From positions 1 to 37,438 of the IMG/VR virus record IMGVR_UViG_3300045988_172593: a DNA stretch of 37,438 nt; one strand, written 5' to 3'. Positions 34,163 through 37,438 of the stretch are shown here, one piece after another. Under the pieces are notes generated by a model, which was not told where the DNA came from, ran no database searches, and saw nothing but the letters and a program-made list of their open reading frames with translations. The DNA comes from a virus. A program made the position numbers and the translations under genes. Positions within the stretch are counted from its first letter, which is position 1. Each line of letters opens with the position of its first letter.

Positions 34163-34440
34163 CGGTACATCGGCCGATTCGGCGCGGTACAATCGCGGTA
34201 CATAATCGCCGCAACGCAGTGTGTCGCAAGGAAACACATCGGCGCACTAAGGTAATCTGTTTCACCTGGGGTTATAACGAATCGCAACGAACCGCAACCA
34301 CGGGCAACGATGCCTCACGAGTTCCTGCTCAGTTACGACTCAACTAACGATTCTACCCTTACCGCAACTGTTTTGCCTGGTGATGACTTCGTTTGCGAAA
34401 TCCGTCGCAGTTGCCGGTACATTTATCGGTACAAAACCAG
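34163..34440. other. attP-like region: five CGGTACA direct repeats (putative arm-type Int sites) flanking a core of about 210 bp.
   Basis: CGGTACA at 34173, 34185, 34197, 34415 and 34427. The region is non-coding and immediately 3' of int. Confidence 0.5.
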
Positions 34441-34453
34441 CTCGAAAGACAGT

Positions 34454-34480
34454 AAAAAAGCCCCCGCCGAAGCGGGGGCG
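34454..34480 (-). terminator. Rho-independent terminator of the lysis operon.
   Basis: GCCCCCGCCGAAGCGGGGGC hairpin plus a T6 tail on the minus strand. Confidence 0.6.
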
Positions 34481-34485
34481 CGAGG

Positions 34486-35541
34486 TTAAGCGGCTTGCAG
34501 GCTAAAGGTGGTGACGCGCGAGCCGTTGCCCGCGTAGTCGTCCCAGCTGCCGCCGGTGTCGGTCAGGTCGTGCATATTTGGCAGGCCGTTGACGTTGTAC
34601 TCCGCGACCAGCCAACCCGTCTTGTTAGGATTAGCCGTCTCGTAGTAGCAGCGCACCGCCGTGATGGGCGAGCCGTCGCCGGCGCAGCCGTACATCAGGT
34701 CACCCTTGTTGTAGCTATACACGGGGTCAAGCCAGCCGTTGGCTTCGGTGCACACCTGGTACCATCCAGGCATATCCACCGCCAGCCAGCGAATGGGATC
34801 GTAGCCGTTACCGGCAAACGTGTCGCCGAAGCCGCCCGTGTCGGTGTGGTCCACCATCTCCGGCATCCACCAGCCGCCGGAGGGGTCCGTGGACGCTGCG
34901 TAGGTGATGGCAACCTCGGACTGCGAGTAGTCCGGGTGCCAGCTTGTGCCGGACGTGTCACCGGAACCGGACGGGACATAGGTGCCGCCGATGTAGGCGT
35001 TGACCGCCGCCTTGAACTCGTCCCAGGAGCGGCCATACTCGGCGAAGTAACCGGTCGGGTCTGTGTGGTCGGTTCCGCCCCAAATCCACGCGCAGTCGTT
35101 GTGGCTGAGCAGGCGGTCGATGCCCCAGCCGCGAGAGTTGAGGTAGTCACCGGCCCAGGCCACGGCGTTGTCCCACTGGGCGCTGAAGTCCTCCCAGTTG
35201 GTCGCATGCGCCAGCTCGATGCCGACGGTGGCATAGTTGCCACCGCCGACGTGCCAGCACAGCGCCCAATCGGGCACCGTATGATAGACAACGGAGCCGT
35301 CCAACTCCATCACATAATGCACCGCGTAGGTGTCGTCGCGGCTCCAAAGCAGCGTGTGGTTGTAGGCACTCGCGCCCGGATTCGCGGTCTCGTGGATTAC
35401 CAGATAGCCCGCATCGTTGTATCCGTGGCCGTACGAGACCACATCCTCGACCTGCTCATACGCGAAGGCCGGCACGGACAGGCTCGCGGCCAGGGCCACG
35501 GACGCGATGACGGCCGTGAGCTTCGCCTTGATGCTAGTCAT
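34486..35541 (-). CDS. Endolysin: N-acetylmuramoyl-L-alanine amidase (amidase_2/PGRP) with an N-terminal signal peptide.
   Basis: Hydrophobic leader (LTAVIASVALAASLSVPAFA) and amidase_2 motifs. Confidence 0.75.
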   Translation of the reverse strand: MTSIKAKLTAVIASVALAASLSVPAFAYEQVEDVVSYGHGYNDAGYLVIHETANPGASAYNHTLLWSRDDTYAVHYVMELDGSVVYHTVPDWALCWHVGGGNYATVGIELAHATNWEDFSAQWDNAVAWAGDYLNSRGWGIDRLLSHNDCAWIWGGTDHTDPTGYFAEYGRSWDEFKAAVNAYIGGTYVPSGSGDTSGTSWHPDYSQSEVAITYAASTDPSGGWWMPEMVDHTDTGGFGDTFAGNGYDPIRWLAVDMPGWYQVCTEANGWLDPVYSYNKGDLMYGCAGDGSPITAVRCYYETANPNKTGWLVAEYNVNGLPNMHDLTDTGGSWDDYAGNGSRVTTFSLQAA

Positions 35542-35767
35542 CCGCTCCCCCCTTCCATGCGCTGATAGCGCTGGCGCCGATGACGGCGCCGGTTGCCGTG
35601 CCGGCGGCGTTCAGCGTCAGCACGACGGCGTCCACGTTCTCCCATCCCCAGGCCGGGCCTACGGTGCCGAACAGCCAAGCGCAGGTCGGCAGCACGAGCA
35701 GGCCGACCCATTTCAAAACATCGTAAACGCGGCCGGGAATGAGCCACTTGGGTACGTTCTCGTTCAT
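35534..35767 (-). CDS. Holin (Dp-1-like family).
   Basis: 77 aa with one or two TM helices. Confidence 0.6.
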   Translation of the reverse strand: MNENVPKWLIPGRVYDVLKWVGLLVLPTCAWLFGTVGPAWGWENVDAVVLTLNAAGTATGAVIGASAISAWKGGADD

Positions 35768-35779
35768 TTCTCCCCCTTT

Positions 35780-36079
35780 CTAGAGGCCGATGTTGGATGC
35801 CATGAAGCCGATGGCGATGCCGAGCACGCACGTGAGCGCGTAGTCGACGACCTTGTTCCAGCGGTCCGCCGGGACGTTCTCCAACGCGTCGATGCGCTCG
35901 CCCATCGCGTCGATTAGCTCCTGATTCTGTCGCTCGATCTCGCGCAGCGCCGCGAGCGTCTCGTTTATCGAGTTGAGCTGCTCGCCCGTCGCAGCGAAAT
36001 GCCTGTCAGTCTCCTCGAACTGCTTGTCATGGTCCCTAATCGCCCTGTCGTGCGCCGAATGCTCGGGGCAGTGCTCCAT
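35780..36079 (-). CDS. Holin-like / lysis-associated membrane protein.
   Basis: 99 aa with a coiled-coil N-terminus and a C-terminal TM helix. Confidence 0.45.
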   Translation of the reverse strand: MEHCPEHSAHDRAIRDHDKQFEETDRHFAATGEQLNSINETLAALREIERQNQELIDAMGERIDALENVPADRWNKVVDYALTCVLGIAIGFMASNIGL

Positions 36080-36237
36080 ATGTCACCTCCTTTCGCTCGA
36101 AAAAGATGATGATGTAGGCGTCACGCCTCGCTTTCCCATGGGCGCGAGGGCGCGTTCGCGCCGGGAAAATCCCAGACTCCCGGGCCGCGTATCCGCTGCA
36201 AAGGGTCTGGGATTTTCTCGAAGCGAAAGAGGTCAAG

Positions 36238-37104
36238 ATGCTGTTTAGCGAAGCCGCGAAGATGTACATGGACGACAAGCAAAAGCGCCTGCGGGCAACG
36301 ACACTCGAAGGCTACGAGAGCGCGTTGAGATGCCACGTGCTGCCCGCCTGGGGAGCGCGCGAGATCGAGGGCATCACCTTCGAGGAGCTGCAGAAGTGGG
36401 TTGATGGCTTTGAGTTACCGGGAGCGGCGGAGAAGGCGTACAAGACGTTCCGGCAGGTGTACCGCTGGACAATCCGCCGCAGGCAGATACGCATCTGGGA
36501 TGCCACGCAAGGCGTGGAGCTACCCCAGAAGCCGACCGTGCGTCGTCCCACGCTAACGGCCAGCGAAGAGCGCGAGACGCTTCGCGGCATCGTGGGCCAG
36601 CCCTTCGAATCCGCCGTGCTCCTGGGCGCGGCCCTGGGGCTGCGGAGGTGCGAAGCGTGCGCCGTGCGCATCGAGGACGTGGACTGGCGCGGCGGTTGGG
36701 TGCATGTGCGGCGCGGCCTGCACGTGGTGCGCGGCGCGGAGGTCGAGACGGGCTGCAAGACGCGGCTGTCGGACAGGCGGCTCAAGCTGCCGCGCTTCGC
36801 CCTTGAGCGCCTGCGTGCCATCAGGGGCAACCGCCGGGCGGGTAGGCTGTGCGAATTGGATCCCAACGCCGTCGCCAGGCGGTTCCGCGCGTTTTGCCGC
36901 CGCCATGAGCTGCCGCACGTGCCTATGACGTGCCTGCGCCATTCGTGGGCAACTATATCGCTGGAGCACGGCGCGAGCATCGAGGACATAGCCGTGGCGC
37001 TGGGGCATACGACTGTGAACACCGCGATGGCGCATTACCTGCAGAGTTTTAGGTCAGTGGTTGCGCGCGCTAGCGACAGCTACGCAGCGGCGATGGCCGG
37101 GTGA
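36238..37104 (+). CDS. Small tyrosine recombinase, the candidate shufflon-specific invertase (Rci/FimB-like).
   Basis: 288 aa with R...H..R...Y motifs (LRHSWAT...GH...Y) and no arm-binding domain. Its stop codon overlaps the shufflon site at 37103. Confidence 0.75.
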   Translation: MLFSEAAKMYMDDKQKRLRATTLEGYESALRCHVLPAWGAREIEGITFEELQKWVDGFELPGAAEKAYKTFRQVYRWTIRRRQIRIWDATQGVELPQKPTVRRPTLTASEERETLRGIVGQPFESAVLLGAALGLRRCEACAVRIEDVDWRGGWVHVRRGLHVVRGAEVETGCKTRLSDRRLKLPRFALERLRAIRGNRRAGRLCELDPNAVARRFRAFCRRHELPHVPMTCLRHSWATISLEHGASIEDIAVALGHTTVNTAMAHYLQSFRSVVARASDSYAAAMAG

Positions 37105-37115
37105 TTCCGTATCCC
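37103..37115 (+). repeat. Shufflon crossover site (GATTCCGTATCCC), forward orientation.
   Basis: Core copy overlapping the recombinase stop codon. It reads DSVSR in the cassette E frame. Confidence 0.8.
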
Positions 37116-37423
37116 GCAATGGAAGTTGGTACATAGCCAGTGTCGGTAACGGAGCCACTATATTATTTTTCCATATGAATATAGCCGTAACGAATTTTGA
37201 AAAGCGCGAGTATACCTACAAGTACAACCTCCCCAAAAATTGTGGAACTCCGATTTCTGGCTTCGTCAATGCAATCCAATGGAGAGCGTCTAATTCGCGA
37301 GTGACTTTCCCGTCAAATAACGTAGCTCAAGTTACAATCCCGATAACAGAGTCCACATCAGATGGTACGGCGGGCGATCCTTATTACATTCCTTTTGATT
37401 TGGCCGTTATTTGCGTTAAGTAG
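37103..37423 (+). CDS. Promoterless C-terminal cassette E (AT-rich).
   Basis: Open frame DSVSRNGSWYIASVGNGATILFF...SNNVAQVTIPITESTSDGTAGDPYYIPFDLAVICVK*. It is paralogous to cassette A. Confidence 0.65.
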   Translation, partial: DSVSRNGSWYIASVGNGATILFFHMNIAVTNFEKREYTYKYNLPKNCGTPISGFVNAIQWRASNSRVTFPSNNVAQVTIPITESTSDGTAGDPYYIPFDLAVICVK

Positions 37424-37436
37424 CATTCCGTATCCC
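37424..37436 (+). repeat. Shufflon crossover site (CATTCCGTATCCC). Same copy as 105..117 if the contig is circular.
   Basis: Exact core inside the terminal repeat. Confidence 0.7.
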
Positions 37437-37438
37437 AG

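Noticed and set aside
37061-37423. ORF-track CDS starting with Met inside the recombinase gene.
   Set aside because: The Met lies within the 3' end of the tyrosine recombinase in another frame. The meaningful unit is the promoterless cassette E beginning at the shufflon site (37103), not an independent gene.
1-37438. Possibility that the terminal repeats are attL/attR of an integrated prophage with a host gene 3' end.
   Set aside because: The repeat content is phage shufflon sequence (cassette plus crossover site). An attP-like structure lies internally next to int. No host-like genes are present at either edge. Circular-contig overlap is more likely, but the alternative is kept as a finding to be tested.
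1-37438. CRISPR arrays, tRNA/tmRNA genes, and a diversity-generating retroelement.
   Set aside because: There are no regularly spaced repeat-spacer arrays. I could not recognise a cloverleaf-compatible tRNA sequence by eye, but this is not excluded without tRNAscan. No reverse transcriptase or TR/VR pair is present. Tail-fibre variability is explained instead by the inversion sites.

Overview
This window reads as a complete temperate, siphovirus-like phage genome of about 37.3 kb and about 64% GC, from a high-GC Gram-positive (Actinobacteria-type) host. The first 119 bp are identical to the last 119 bp, so it is probably a circularly closed contig. It is not obviously a prophage flanked by host DNA. 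Almost all genes lie on the minus strand. From high to low coordinate the modules are: a cro-like gene, an early region (Xis-like HTH, many small zinc-ribbon genes, an HNH endonuclease, a DnaC-like loader, a replication initiator with an internal iteron-like ori, SSB, NinB/Orf, RecT), a ParB-like nuclease plus radical-SAM protein, then the late operon (TerS, TerL, portal, MuF-family minor head protein carrying a C-terminal toxin-like domain followed by a small acidic putative immunity gene, VRR-NUC, scaffold, major capsid, head-tail proteins, major tail, a G/GT chaperone with a -1 frameshift, tape measure, Dit, a Tal with collagen-like repeats, a collagen-like fibre, and a receptor-binding protein). 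On the plus strand sit a CI-like repressor (HTH plus S24 peptidase), a KilA-N protein, a tyrosine integrase followed by an attP-like region with CGGTACA arm repeats, and a second, smaller tyrosine recombinase. The lysis cassette (signal-peptide amidase endolysin and two holin-like genes) is on the minus strand. The most striking feature is a multi-inversion shufflon spanning the contig junction (37103..37438 wrapping to 1..1697). At least eight copies of a 12-13 bp site ((C/G)ATTCCGTATCCC) occur in both orientations and are always read in frame as Ser-Val-Ser. They separate five promoterless C-terminal cassettes (A to E) from the expressed receptor-binding gene at 1329..2162. The small tyrosine recombinase at 36238..37104 lies immediately adjacent and its stop codon overlaps one site. 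This looks like an Rci/Fim-type tyrosine-recombinase shufflon that diversifies a phage receptor-binding protein.
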